This document shows, in pieces, positions 29,795 through 39,880 of a stretch of 64,000 bases of DNA (its first letter is position 1; every line of letters starts with the position of its first letter). The notes beneath the pieces are model-generated. The model ran no database searches and had not been told where the DNA came from. It was given only the letters and a program-made list of their open reading frames with translations. Origin of the DNA: Gammaproteobacteria bacterium (GTDB lineage Bacteria > Pseudomonadota > Gammaproteobacteria > Diplorickettsiales > Diplorickettsiaceae); the NCBI GenBank assembly GCA_005877695.1, contig VBOA01000011.1, forward strand, positions 140,696-204,695, given 5' to 3'. The position numbers and the translations under genes are program-made.

Positions 29795-31101
29795 ATTGTT
29801 CTTCCTCGTTTTTTTTGACGTTTAGCTCCTCGCGCCGTTTGTGTGATAGCTTGTATTAATTGTTTTCTAGTTTCAATGTCTGCTTCTAAAAAGTGTGTCC
29901 ACCAGCTTGCAATGTTGGGATCGACTTCTTTAATTTCAGCACGTAATAATAAAAAATCATAAGCGGCACGTAAGCGTGGATGATTCATTAAACGATGCAG
30001 CATATGAGGGCGCCGTTGTAGTAAGCGATGTTGTAAATCCCAAATTTCACGAATTGAGGTACTATAACGGCGAGGGATAGTAATTAGTTTCTGTTGTTTA
30101 CTTAGTGTATCACTCACCGCATGTTGATAGGCAACAAATGTGGGTGTGTGTTGGGCAATAAGTTGTTGAGCTTTGTTTTGTACATTAGGCCATAAAAACA
30201 CAGCAAACAAAAATGCCGGCGAAACGGTTTTTCCATGTTGGGTACGTTGGTCTGTATTTTCACAAGCGAGTTCTAAAAGTTTGTGGTGGGTATTATCCGT
30301 TGGGTGGTGCTTAATTTGTGGAAATAGTTCTTTAAGCAAATGATATTGATGTAATAGTCGATAGGTTTTTAAAGCTTGGCCATGATGAAAAAGTTTAAGT
30401 ACTTCTTCAAACAAGCGGGCGGGCGGTACATGACGCAACAAAGGCGCAAGTTCCGCTATGGGTTCTGCTGTAGCGGGATCTAATTGGAAACCTAATTTTC
30501 CAGCAAAGCGTATAGCACGGAGGAGTCGAACGGGGTCTTCTTGATAACGCGTTCGCGGCTCACCAATAATTCGCACAATTTTATTTTGTATATCAGCGAG
30601 TCCGCCACAATAATCGACTAAAGAAAAATCAGCGATGTTATAATAGAGGGCATTCATCGTAAAATCTCGTCGCCAAACGTCTTCTTCGATCGTTCCGTAG
30701 ACATTATCGCGCAATAACATGCCATGAGTGGCAATCTTACGATGTCTAAAGGATTTTTTCCTGCTTTGCGCCCGAAAGGTGCTGACTTCAATAATTTCCC
30801 GACCAAAGCGTATGTGCGCGAGACGAAAGCGCCTGCCGATTAACAAACAATTCTGAAAAAGTTTTTTAATGTTTTCGGGACTGGCATTGGTGGCAATGTC
30901 AAAGTCTTTAGGTGTTTGCTTGAGCAAAATATCACGTAAACATCCACCTACTAAATAAGCGCTATATTTGTGCTGATTTAGCCGATATAAAACCTTGAGG
31001 GCATTATGACTGATATTCTTACGGGAAATAGTATGTTCAGCTCTAGGGATAATTTTGGCTTGCGGGTCTACTATTTTTTTGGTGAATAGTCGATGAAACA
31101 A
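29791..31101 (-). CDS. pcnB: Poly(A) polymerase I; real start may be a non-canonical ATT at 31113
   Basis: YLVGGCLRD, PKDFDIAT, LIGRRFRLAH, RRDFTMNALYY, EDPVRLLRAIRF motifs. Confidence 0.95.
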   Translation of the reverse strand: MFHRLFTKKIVDPQAKIIPRAEHTISRKNISHNALKVLYRLNQHKYSAYLVGGCLRDILLKQTPKDFDIATNASPENIKKLFQNCLLIGRRFRLAHIRFGREIIEVSTFRAQSRKKSFRHRKIATHGMLLRDNVYGTIEEDVWRRDFTMNALYYNIADFSLVDYCGGLADIQNKIVRIIGEPRTRYQEDPVRLLRAIRFAGKLGFQLDPATAEPIAELAPLLRHVPPARLFEEVLKLFHHGQALKTYRLLHQYHLLKELFPQIKHHPTDNTHHKLLELACENTDQRTQHGKTVSPAFLFAVFLWPNVQNKAQQLIAQHTPTFVAYQHAVSDTLSKQQKLITIPRRYSTSIREIWDLQHRLLQRRPHMLHRLMNHPRLRAAYDFLLLRAEIKEVDPNIASWWTHFLEADIETRKQLIQAITQTARGAKRQKKRGRTI

Positions 31102-31385
31102 CTGCTTAATAATGATGATCTTCCTCTATTATGTACCTCTATTATGTAATTCATTAAAGATTAATATGTAGTTTATGCAAGGGTTTGGGATAGCCAATTT
31201 CTGTTCAAAGGATTATGACACCACCCTAGCCGCTTCTAGCATGAATGTTACCAAAATTCTCTTATAGGCGTTTAAATTGCTTATGCTAGCATAACGCAGC
31301 TTTTTGTACCTCAAGTAAAACTGATAATCAGTTATCTGGAAATCTTGCCAAAGAATGGATAAAGATTTTTGAGTGGGTGAACAGG

Positions 31386-33563
31386 CTAAGTTGAAGATTT
31401 GTAAATCAACAAAATCAACAAATCTTCTTTGCGAAGGAGGGTGTCTTTACTTGGATTAATTTTTCTGACGCCTTTACGTTCCATACCTAATACTATTCCA
31501 TCGATATGGTTTTTTTCCATGGCTTCTTCAATGCTAAGTCCAACAAAAGGGTGGCTTTTATCGAGCAAAAAGGTTTTTAGTTCAAGATGATTGTATAATT
31601 CCAGTTCTTCTTGGTAAGTATTAACCTGTAACAATTGACTAAATGTGTCGATTTGTTCATCGCTACCTAAAATAAACAGCTTATCATAAAGCCTAATTTT
31701 TTCATGATGCGGCGGAGTTAGAATGATTTTAGGGCCACGATAAAGGGCGACAACATGGATGCCAAATTGTTGGGCAAGATTCAATTCTTGTAAGGTTTTG
31801 TTGATAAAGTAATAATTATTCTGGATGTCAGTCCCTTTCAAATTAATGCCCCAGGCAGTTAATTCGTCCTTGGAGGTTTCCTGTAGAGTAGGTGTTTTAA
31901 TATTAGCTAAAAATCTTTTTTCCAACCAAGGATAAAATTTTTGTAGTGGTTTATGTAATAAACTAAATAAGGTAAGCGAAATAATGAGTAACAGTAAAAT
32001 AATAGACCAAGTATGGAAATAAGTAATGGCTAAGGTAATGATGACGGTTAAAGTAAAAATCCATCCGATAGCGATAATAGGTCTAATCGCAGCATGGCGT
32101 CGATGTGGGAAGGCACGATGAGCAAAAATCATACCCCAAATAAAGGGCGAAGCTAATAATAAAGCGATTAAACAACTTAAGGTATTTACCCAATAGGTTG
32201 AGTCGATCCATACGCTAATTTTTGGAAATATCCATTTTTCACTCAAACTAAAAATAATGGCGACCATGACACTATTGATTAATAATCGAGTAATATATTG
32301 GCTATACATCACCCGTTTTTTCTTCAATCTCAGATAACGATGGATAAGTATCGTGTAATGGCTTAAAAGGTGTCTGGCGCGGTTAGGTAATTTTTTTTCC
32401 AAAAGTTTACTCAATGCCGCTGAGGACATGATGAGATAGGGTGTAGTAAAAGTAGTGACGGCCGATACGGCAATGATAATAGGGAATAATGCGGGTCGTG
32501 TAACTTGTAATGTCAGTCCTAATCCAGCAATAATAAATGAAAACTCACCAATTTGCGCCATGCTGAAACCTGCGCGTACCGAAGTGCTTAAACTTTGTCC
32601 TGCAGCTAAGGCCCCAGTTCCGGTAGCAAAAATTTTTGCGATGATAGTGATGAGAGAAATGAGTAGCACTATCCAAATATTTTCCACGATCAAACTTGGA
32701 TCAATGAGCATTCCGACTGAAATAAAAAACACTGCTGCAAAAATATCGCGGATAGGACGCATATATTGTTCAATGAACTGAATTAAATCGGTTTCCGCTA
32801 AGATTGAGCCCATAATAAAGGCGCCTAATGCTGTGGAATAACCAAAGTAGGCGGCAATACAGACCAGTATTAAACACAATGCCACTGAAACAATCGTTAA
32901 GGTTTCCTGATTCGCGACATCGACTAATTTCCGAATCAAAGTAGGAATTAAAAAGTAGCCGATCAAAAACCAACTGCCGACAACGATAAAAAGTTTGATA
33001 GCCGAGTCTGCAAGTGTTGCAGAAATAACGGCATGGGTGCCGACTACAATAGAGAGACCAGCGAGTAATAAAATGGCGAGCAAATCTTCAACAATGAGTA
33101 CTCCAAATACCAGCTCGGCAAAATGTTTGTTTTTTAAACCCAATTCCTCCATTGCTTTAATGATAATTGTGGTGGATGAGATGGAAAGTGCTGCGCCTAA
33201 AAAAATACAATCATAGGTAGACCAGCCCAAAATTTTTCCTAGTATGAAACCAATCAATAAAACGACTATGACTTCGAATGCTCCCGTCACAATAGCTGGT
33301 GTGCCTACGCGTTTTAGCTTATGAAAACTAAAATCTAAGCCGAGTGAGAACATCAAAAAGATAACGCCAAGTTCGGAAAGTGTATGTAAGCTGGGTACGT
33401 CGGTAACCAGGTCGTAAGGAGGAACATGCGGACCTACAATAATTCCGGATAAAAGATAGCCTAATACCACGGGTTGTCTTATTTTTTGAAATAAAAGGGT
33501 GACTAAGCTAGCGACGCCGAGTATGACAGCAAGATCTTTAATGAGTGGAGCAAGGGGTTGCAT
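31386..33563 (-). CDS. CPA2-family cation:proton antiporter with C-terminal RCK_C (TrkA-C) domains
   Basis: SISSTTIIIK, VLIVEDLLAI, QIGEFSFIIA motifs, about 13 TM segments; start taken at ATG 33563 (MQPLAPLIKDLAVIL) rather than 33632. Confidence 0.9.
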   Translation of the reverse strand: MQPLAPLIKDLAVILGVASLVTLLFQKIRQPVVLGYLLSGIIVGPHVPPYDLVTDVPSLHTLSELGVIFLMFSLGLDFSFHKLKRVGTPAIVTGAFEVIVVLLIGFILGKILGWSTYDCIFLGAALSISSTTIIIKAMEELGLKNKHFAELVFGVLIVEDLLAILLLAGLSIVVGTHAVISATLADSAIKLFIVVGSWFLIGYFLIPTLIRKLVDVANQETLTIVSVALCLILVCIAAYFGYSTALGAFIMGSILAETDLIQFIEQYMRPIRDIFAAVFFISVGMLIDPSLIVENIWIVLLISLITIIAKIFATGTGALAAGQSLSTSVRAGFSMAQIGEFSFIIAGLGLTLQVTRPALFPIIIAVSAVTTFTTPYLIMSSAALSKLLEKKLPNRARHLLSHYTILIHRYLRLKKKRVMYSQYITRLLINSVMVAIIFSLSEKWIFPKISVWIDSTYWVNTLSCLIALLLASPFIWGMIFAHRAFPHRRHAAIRPIIAIGWIFTLTVIITLAITYFHTWSIILLLLIISLTLFSLLHKPLQKFYPWLEKRFLANIKTPTLQETSKDELTAWGINLKGTDIQNNYYFINKTLQELNLAQQFGIHVVALYRGPKIILTPPHHEKIRLYDKLFILGSDEQIDTFSQLLQVNTYQEELELYNHLELKTFLLDKSHPFVGLSIEEAMEKNHIDGIVLGMERKGVRKINPSKDTLLRKEDLLILLIYKSST

Positions 33564-33795
33564 AGATCTATTGTTAGTCGGCTTTTTGGATATATCAAGT
33601 TTACATTGATAAAATAAATTAAATTCTTCCACTTTACCTTACAAAATTTGCATTGATAAAAATAATAAGTTGGGTTATAAATTTTCAAGATAATGGTAAT
33701 TTTAAGTAAAAGGTTCCAAAGATTTTGCTTAATATTTATGTTTTATATTTAAGAACTCGCATCATAAAATATAAAAAAGAGAGGTTTAAAATAAT

Positions 33796-34677
33796 ATGAC
33801 CTTATCATTATCTTTGATTGGTTATGCATCTGGCATCGCTGCGAATGATGAAGGCTGTGGTGAAGGTCCTCTATATCTACAAAAACATGGCTTAGAGCAA
33901 CAACTTTCTATGCAACACTTAGCTGCCCATTGGCAGGCTATGCTAATTCCACGTCTTGGTACTAAAAACGATAGGTTGCAGCGAGTGGTAGAGTTGAATA
34001 AGCAATTAGCGGCACTCACTTTTGATTTAACTCAGCCGAATAAACGTTTTTCTATCTTGGGGGGTGATCATTCCTGTGCTATAGGCACTTGGAGTGGTGT
34101 CGCCGCTGCGCTAGCACAACAAAACGGTGAATTGGGATTAATTTGGATCGATGCACATATGGATAGTCACACCTTTGAGACGACACATACCAGTAATATT
34201 CATGGTATGCCGCTAGCAGTTCTTTTAGGTTATGGAGATACAGCATTAACACATCTCAGAATGCCGAGCCCTAAAATAAACCCGAAACGCTTAGTTTTAA
34301 TTGGCACTCGTAGTTTTGAGGCGGAAGAGGAAATGTTATTACAGCGTTTAGGTGTTCGTATTTACAATATGGAAGCCGTTGCGAAACGAGGCTTTGAGTC
34401 TGTACTTTCTGATGCGATCGTCTATGTTAAAGAAAATAGTTTAGGGTTTGGTGTTAGTTTGGATTTAGATAGTATTGATCCTTTTGATGCACCGGGTGTG
34501 GGTGTGCCAGAAGATAATGGTATTTCAGGAAAAGATTTATGCCAGGGATTGAAGCAATTACATCAAGCATCACAACTTATTGGAGTTGAAGTGGTTGAAT
34601 ACAACCCTTATCATGATAAAGGTTGCAAAACCAAAAGGTTAATTCAAGAAATATTGCTGAGCATTTTTGGAGTTTAA
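33796..34677 (+). CDS. rocF: Arginase
   Basis: GGDHSCAIG, WIDAHMDSHT, NIHGMP and SLDLDSIDP Mn-binding motifs. Confidence 0.92.
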   Translation: MTLSLSLIGYASGIAANDEGCGEGPLYLQKHGLEQQLSMQHLAAHWQAMLIPRLGTKNDRLQRVVELNKQLAALTFDLTQPNKRFSILGGDHSCAIGTWSGVAAALAQQNGELGLIWIDAHMDSHTFETTHTSNIHGMPLAVLLGYGDTALTHLRMPSPKINPKRLVLIGTRSFEAEEEMLLQRLGVRIYNMEAVAKRGFESVLSDAIVYVKENSLGFGVSLDLDSIDPFDAPGVGVPEDNGISGKDLCQGLKQLHQASQLIGVEVVEYNPYHDKGCKTKRLIQEILLSIFGV

Positions 34678-34682
34678 ACAAA

Positions 34683-35945
34683 ATGAATAAGCAAAGCGTT
34701 ATTGTTGATCAACAGTCAAGCCTTTCTAATGATTGTAAATTATTGAATAATTCAATCGAGCTTGAGCAACGTTATGGTGCAATTAATTACGATCCTTTGC
34801 CGATGGTGCTTAGTCACGGATTAGGTGCTGAACTTTGGGATACTTCAGGTAAGCGTTACATCGACATGATGAGTGCTTATTCTGCCGTGAGTCATGGGCA
34901 TAGTCATCCGCGTTTAGTGAATGCTTTAATGCAGCAAGCCCCACGCTTAGCAATTTGTTCTCGTGCTTTTTATAGTGATAGGTTAGGGGTTTTTTTAAAA
35001 CGCGCTTGTGACTTAACGCAAATGGATAAAGCTTTACCGATGAATACGGGTGTTGAAGCGGTTGAAACAGCGATTAAGGCGGCTAGAAAATGGGCTTATA
35101 CCGTAAAAAAAGTGGTAGATGATCAAGCCGAAATCATAGTTTGTCGAGGGAATTTTCATGGACGAACGACTACCGTGGTGGGTATGTCATCAAAACCCCA
35201 ATACCAATTTGGTTTTGGTCCATTTGCCCCAGGATTTAAAACAATAGAATATGGCGATGCAAATGCATTATCGGCTGCGATTACTTCCAATACGGCCGCT
35301 TTTTTAGTTGAACCTATCCAAGGTGAGCGGGGTATTGTTGTTCCGCCTAAAGGATATTTGCAAGCGGTTGAAAAAATTTGCCGAGAAAATAATGTTTTAC
35401 TGATTCTGGATGAAATACAAACCGGTTTAGGTAGGACCGGAAAATTTTTGGCTTGTGAACATGAAAATGTTAAACCTGATGCGTTAATTTTAGGTAAAGC
35501 ATTAGGTGGTGGTTTATTGCCTGTTTCATTGTTTTTAAGTCGCCGAGATGTTATGAATGTTTTTACGCCGGGAGATCATGGTAGTACGTTCGGTGGTAAT
35601 GCTTTAGCAGCGACAGTCGCTTTAGAAGCTCTAAATGTGTTATTTGATGAAAATCTAATTCAGCGTTCAGCAGAGTTTGGTGATTATTTATATCGAGGTT
35701 TATCAGAAATTTCATCTCCTTTAATCAAAGAAGTTCGCGGTAAAGGTTTATTTATCGGTGTAGAGCTTGATTTACGCTATGCTAAAGGCCGTGATGTTGT
35801 TTTACAATTATTGGCACAGGGTTTACTAAGTTACGAAACACATGATACGGTTATTCGTTTAGCACCCCCTTTAGTTATCAGTAAAGAGCAATTGGATGAA
35901 GCATTAACTATATTAAAGAAGGTATTGTTAACCAATTCTGCTTAG
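34683..35945 (+). CDS. rocD: Ornithine--oxo-acid aminotransferase
   Basis: MNTGVEAVETAIKAARKWAY, NFHGRT, EPIQGE, DEIQTGLGRTG, ILGKALGGG, HGSTFGGN; start ATG 34683 just after arginase. Confidence 0.93.
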   Translation: MNKQSVIVDQQSSLSNDCKLLNNSIELEQRYGAINYDPLPMVLSHGLGAELWDTSGKRYIDMMSAYSAVSHGHSHPRLVNALMQQAPRLAICSRAFYSDRLGVFLKRACDLTQMDKALPMNTGVEAVETAIKAARKWAYTVKKVVDDQAEIIVCRGNFHGRTTTVVGMSSKPQYQFGFGPFAPGFKTIEYGDANALSAAITSNTAAFLVEPIQGERGIVVPPKGYLQAVEKICRENNVLLILDEIQTGLGRTGKFLACEHENVKPDALILGKALGGGLLPVSLFLSRRDVMNVFTPGDHGSTFGGNALAATVALEALNVLFDENLIQRSAEFGDYLYRGLSEISSPLIKEVRGKGLFIGVELDLRYAKGRDVVLQLLAQGLLSYETHDTVIRLAPPLVISKEQLDEALTILKKVLLTNSA

Positions 35946-36530
35946 GTAGGTACCCAGGCCCGTTAAAAACATTTGTACGGCAATTGTGGTTAAAATCATC
36001 CCCATCAAACGTTCTAATGCAGCAATGACTTTGACGCCTAATAATTTTTGTAATGGAACGGCAATTAAAAGTAATAGTGTTGCTACCAATGATGCAGCGA
36101 CTAAGGCAGTAAACCATTTACCCATTTGCTGCGGTGCTTGACTAGCAAATAGTATGACTGTGGTCATGGAGGAGGGCCCCGCGAGCAATGGAATGGCCAT
36201 TGGGACAATAAAAGGTTCTCCTTGCGTTGGTTCCACTATTTTTTGACCCATTGGAAACAACATTTTAATCGCAATAAGAAATAAAATAATTCCGCCGGCA
36301 ATTCCTAACGCTTCTTCACTAATATGTAAGCTCGTTAAGATAGGTTTTCCACAAAATAAAAATAGCGTCAAGATAGCAAAGGCAATTAAGCTTTCACGCA
36401 AAATAATTTTAGTGCGTCGTTTTGGATCCACTTGTTTAAGTAAAGATAAAAAAACCGGAATATTTCCGAGTGGATCCATGACTAAAAAAAGTGTCACAGC
36501 TGCGGAATAAATGTTCATTTGAAAATGCAT
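35928..36530 (-). CDS. MarC/YhgN-family inner membrane protein
   Basis: LVMDPLGNIPVF, IVPMAIPLLAGPS, ERLMGMIL motifs; overlaps rocD 3' end by 18 nt. Confidence 0.92.
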   Translation of the reverse strand: MHFQMNIYSAAVTLFLVMDPLGNIPVFLSLLKQVDPKRRTKIILRESLIAFAILTLFLFCGKPILTSLHISEEALGIAGGIILFLIAIKMLFPMGQKIVEPTQGEPFIVPMAIPLLAGPSSMTTVILFASQAPQQMGKWFTALVAASLVATLLLLIAVPLQKLLGVKVIAALERLMGMILTTIAVQMFLTGLGTYLSRIG

Positions 36531-36576
36531 AATAAAAACACAAAAAAACTTTTATGTATTGTAATGAGAATAGTGG

Positions 36577-36605
36577 TTGACATCCAGCCTTGACTTTCGC
36601 AAAAT
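36577..36605 (+). promoter_or_regulatory. Probable sigma70 promoter of the tRNA cluster
   Basis: TTGACA, 17-nt spacer, CAAAAT, 16 nt before tRNA-Tyr. Confidence 0.5.
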
Positions 36606-36621
36606 AGCCCATCAATTTTGA

Positions 36622-36706
<85 letters not shown>

Positions 36707-36727
36707 GTTATTTTTTAGGGATAACTT

Positions 36728-36802
36728 GCGGGTGTAGTTCAACGGTTAGAATTCCAGCCTTCCAAGCTGGCTATGTGGGTTCGATTCCCATCACCCGCTC
36801 CA
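36728..36802 (+). tRNA. tRNA-Gly (TCC)
   Basis: GCGGGTG/CACCCGC acceptor stem, CCAGC-CTTCCAA-GCTGG anticodon arm, CCA. Confidence 0.96.
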
Positions 36803-36860
36803 AAAAAGCGATGCAGGGCGTGAGTGGCAGCACGGCAATAATTCAAATGTAATGAATAGT

Positions 36861-36984
36861 GACTCACAGCAATGAGATTTTTGATTTTTTGGTAAGGCGT
36901 CGTGAAAAAGAGTAACCGGAATGTATATACATGAGGATTATGAATTGAGCGACAACGCAGGCAAAAATCTGAATGCGAAGAGTC
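36861..36984 (+). repeat. Palindromic intergenic repeat, copy A (MITE/RPE/ERIC-like)
   Basis: Imperfect terminal inverted repeats (GACTC..AGATTTTT / AAAAATCT..GAGTC), central palindrome ATGTATATACAT; similar to copies at 38354 and 39694. Confidence 0.7.
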
Positions 36985-36997
36985 TGGTGCATAGCAG

Positions 36998-37072
<75 letters not shown>

Positions 37073-37107
37073 AAAGGTGAAGATGATATAAATATAAGTA
37101 AAGGATT

Positions 37108-37183
37108 AGGCCAGTAGCTCAATTGGCAGAGCGGCGGTCTCCAAAACCGCAGGTTGGGGGTTCGATTCCCTCCTGGCCTGCCA
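37108..37183 (+). tRNA. tRNA-Trp (CCA)
   Basis: AGGCCAG/CTGGCCT acceptor stem, GCGGT-CTCCAAA-ACCGC anticodon arm, CCA; directly before secE. Confidence 0.97.
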
Positions 37184-37284
37184 AATAAATCGGGTTAGGC
37201 AAGCTTGAAAATGACTGAGTATTCGATATCAAATTCGGCTTGGTAAACCAAGCGACTGTCCTTGAAAAATATAGAATAGGTGAA

Positions 37285-37656
37285 ATGAAGAACGCGAAGC
37301 TTGAAAACAAGGCAACGAGAAGAGACTCCATCCTTTGGATAATGATAGGAGTTATTTTACTATTGTCTATTTACGCTAATAATTATTTTTCTCATCAGGC
37401 CATTGCTATTCGCCTGATAGGCTGGATAATAGGCGCAATTGTGTTGGCGTCATTATTTTTTTATACAGTATTAGGGCGGCGTTTTTTGGCATTTGCACAA
37501 GCTTCACGCGCTGAACTACGCAAAGTAGTCTGGCCAACACGAGAAGAGACGGTGCGCACTACTTTAATCGTGATGGCAATGGTTGTTGTTGCGGGTTTAT
37601 TTTTATGGGGTATAGATACACTCTTATTATGGGCAGTTGCTTTTTTAACAGCGTAA
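37285..37656 (+). CDS. secE: Preprotein translocase subunit SecE
   Basis: SRAELRKVVWPTREET motif, three TM segments; start at ATG 37285 after AGGTG SD. Confidence 0.96.
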   Translation: MKNAKLENKATRRDSILWIMIGVILLLSIYANNYFSHQAIAIRLIGWIIGAIVLASLFFYTVLGRRFLAFAQASRAELRKVVWPTREETVRTTLIVMAMVVVAGLFLWGIDTLLLWAVAFLTA

Positions 37657-37676
37657 ATGAAGAGGATAGTTAACAT

Positions 37677-38318
37677 ATGACAGAAAAAAAATCAGAACTT
37701 CATTCCGATGTTTCCGAGCAATCGTCGAACGATCCTGTTTCAGCGAGTGAAAAGTCATCTGTAACAGAAGAAAAAACTGCTCAGGCATCGATGCAATGGT
37801 ATGTCGTACAGGTGCGCGCAGGTTATGAACGCAAGGTTTTAGATGCTTTAAATGAACGGATTAAACAACAAGGCCTAATACAAAAATTTGGCCAAATTAT
37901 TGTGCCGACTGAAGAAGTCGTTGAAATTCATCAAGGTCGTAAGCGTAAAACCTCCCGAAAATTTTATCCGGGATATGTCTTAGTTGAAATGGATATGGAT
38001 GAAGATAGTTGGTATCTCGTACAAAAGACGCCGGGTGTGATTAAATTTATCGGTGGAACGAGTGATAAGCCGGTGTCTCTAAGTAATAAAGAGGTTGATA
38101 AGATTTTACAGTGTATGCAGGAAGGTGTGGGTAAGCCCCGACCTAAAATCCTATTTGAGGTTGGAGAGGTGGTTCGTATTGTGGACGGACCTTTTGCTGA
38201 GTTCAATGGTGAAGTTGAAGATGTAAACTATGAAAAAAACCGCCTGCGTGTTTCGGTTATTATTTTTGGTCGTGCTACACCAGTTGAGTTAGAGTTTGGT
38301 CAAGTTAAAAAAGCTTGA
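37677..38318 (+). CDS. nusG: Transcription factor NusG with N-terminal extension
   Basis: [20 protein letters not shown] ([13 protein letters not shown]), [15 protein letters not shown]. Confidence 0.98.
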   Translation: MTEKKSELHSDVSEQSSNDPVSASEKSSVTEEKTAQASMQWYVVQVRAGYERKVLDALNERIKQQGLIQKFGQIIVPTEEVVEIHQGRKRKTSRKFYPGYVLVEMDMDEDSWYLVQKTPGVIKFIGGTSDKPVSLSNKEVDKILQCMQEGVGKPRPKILFEVGEVVRIVDGPFAEFNGEVEDVNYEKNRLRVSVIIFGRATPVELEFGQVKKA

Positions 38319-38353
38319 TGGAAGGACCCTTTAGTAAGAAAAGGGAGAGAAGG

Positions 38354-38470
38354 TACTCGTAGCAATTGAATTTTTGGCAAGTGAGATGTCATTTAGGAGT
38401 TTGTTTAAAAAATAAACAACTCTAGGAGAATGAGCAGCAACACAGACAAAAAATTCAAGTGTGAAGAGCA
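38354..38470 (+). repeat. Palindromic intergenic repeat, copy B
   Basis: TTGAATTTTT ... AAAAATTCAA inverted repeat, central hairpin 38397-38422; shares a 21-nt exact match with copy C. Confidence 0.75.
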
Positions 38471-38482
38471 TGAATAAACAAT

Positions 38483-38513
38483 GGGGAGCTTAATCAGATT
38501 AAGCGTTAGACCC
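38483..38513 (+). promoter_or_regulatory. L1-binding autoregulatory site of the rplK-rplA leader
   Basis: GGGGAGC-hairpin-GCGTTAGACCC before rplK, matching the known L1 mRNA target architecture. Confidence 0.7.
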
Positions 38514-38523
38514 GGAGGTAAAT

Positions 38524-38967
38524 ATGGCAAAGAAAGTTCAAGCCTATGTGAGGCTACAAGTAAAAGCCGGCGAGGCTAATCCAGCGCCACCTATTGGCCC
38601 TGCTTTGGGGCAACAAGGGGTGAATATTATGGAATTCTGCAAGGCCTTTAATGCGCGAACTCAGAGTTCCGAAAAAGGTATGCCGATGCCAGTCGTAATT
38701 ACGGTGTACTCTGATCGTAGTTTTACATTTATTATCAAAACCCCTCCTGCTTCTTATTTAATAATGAAGGCTGCGGGTATCAGTAAAGGCAGTAGTATTC
38801 CCAATAAAAACAAGGTGGGTAAAATTACTCGTAAACAGCTGGCTGAAATTGCAACGATTAAATTACCTGATTTAACCGCAAGTGATTTAGATGCCGCTAT
38901 GCGCACGATAGCCGGAACAGCGCGTAATATGGGTATTGAGGTTGAAGGAGGACGTGAACATGGCTAA
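38524..38967 (+). CDS. rplK: 50S ribosomal protein L11
   Basis: [29 protein letters not shown]. Confidence 0.99.
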   Translation: MAKKVQAYVRLQVKAGEANPAPPIGPALGQQGVNIMEFCKAFNARTQSSEKGMPMPVVITVYSDRSFTFIIKTPPASYLIMKAAGISKGSSIPNKNKVGKITRKQLAEIATIKLPDLTASDLDAAMRTIAGTARNMGIEVEGGREHG

Positions 38968-39655
38968 ACTGAGTAAACGTTTTCGCCTAATTAAAGAAAA
39001 GCTGCTTCCTGGTAAGACCTATACGGTAGTAGAAGCGGTTAATCTGCTTAAGGAATTCCCAGTTAAATTCAATCAAAGTGTTGATGTCAGTATTAATCTA
39101 GGTGTGGATCCTCGTAAGTCGGATCAAACTGTGCGCGGTGCGGTGGTATTACCACATGGGATAGGTAAAACACTCCGAGTGGCTGTGTTTGCTCAGGCTG
39201 CCAATGCCGAGGCAGCAAAAGCTGCAGGCGCTGATATTGTGGGCTTTGAAGATTTAGCTGAAAGCATTAAAGCTGGTAATTTAGACTTTGATGTTCTTAT
39301 CGCAACTCCTGATGCGATGCGCTTAGTAGGTCAACTTGGTCAGATATTAGGACCTAGAAATTTAATGCCTAACCCTAAGATTGGTACAGTGACAATGGAT
39401 GTCAATGCAGCAGTAACTAACGCGAAATCGGGTCAAGTGCGTTATCGTGCCGATAAAGGCGGAATAATCCACTGTACGATTGGGAAGCTAAGCTTTGAGC
39501 CACAACAATTACTGCAAAATTTAGAGACATTAGTAGGAGCGGTTAAAAAAGCTAAGCCTGTTACTGCAAAAGGGGTTTATTTAAAGAAATTAAGTCTATC
39601 TAGTACGATGGGTCCTGGTTTATTAATTAACTTGGCATCATTAGAAGCAAGCTAA
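38960..39655 (+). CDS. rplA: 50S ribosomal protein L1
   Basis: [36 protein letters not shown] 38960 after GGAGG. Confidence 0.99.
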   Translation: MAKLSKRFRLIKEKLLPGKTYTVVEAVNLLKEFPVKFNQSVDVSINLGVDPRKSDQTVRGAVVLPHGIGKTLRVAVFAQAANAEAAKAAGADIVGFEDLAESIKAGNLDFDVLIATPDAMRLVGQLGQILGPRNLMPNPKIGTVTMDVNAAVTNAKSGQVRYRADKGGIIHCTIGKLSFEPQQLLQNLETLVGAVKKAKPVTAKGVYLKKLSLSSTMGPGLLINLASLEAS

Positions 39656-39693
39656 ATGGTCATCTTTGTGTTATAGGCTTACAATTTTCAACT

Positions 39694-39756
39694 TTGTATT
39701 TCTGGCCTGTGCCGCGTCATTAATGGCAACAGGAAAAAATTCAAGTGTGAAGAGTA
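39694..39756 (+). repeat. Palindromic intergenic repeat, copy C (internally deleted)
   Basis: AAAAAATTCAAGTGTGAAGAG identical to 38448-38468; CCTGTGCC/GGCAACAGG hairpin. Confidence 0.7.
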
Positions 39757-39880
39757 TGCAAAATAACATAAAATAGCTTACATCTTGACTATTTAGCGTT
39801 TTTAGGATAGAAGAGCTACCCCCACTTGATATAAATAGTGGAATGAATTCGCAGTTAAAGGGCTTTCCCTCTAACTGTCG

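Noticed and set aside
33716-33749. CTTAATATT followed 7 nt later by TATATT upstream of arginase as a PmrA promoter
   Set aside because: Only one good half-site in very AT-rich DNA; the upstream partner is degenerate and mis-spaced
34623-34682. Longer ORF-track starts for rocD (also secE 37240, rplA 38936, rplL 40612, rplD 58718, rplB 59657, antiporter 33632)
   Set aside because: They overlap the upstream gene or SD, or lack an SD; downstream ATGs match homolog N-termini better
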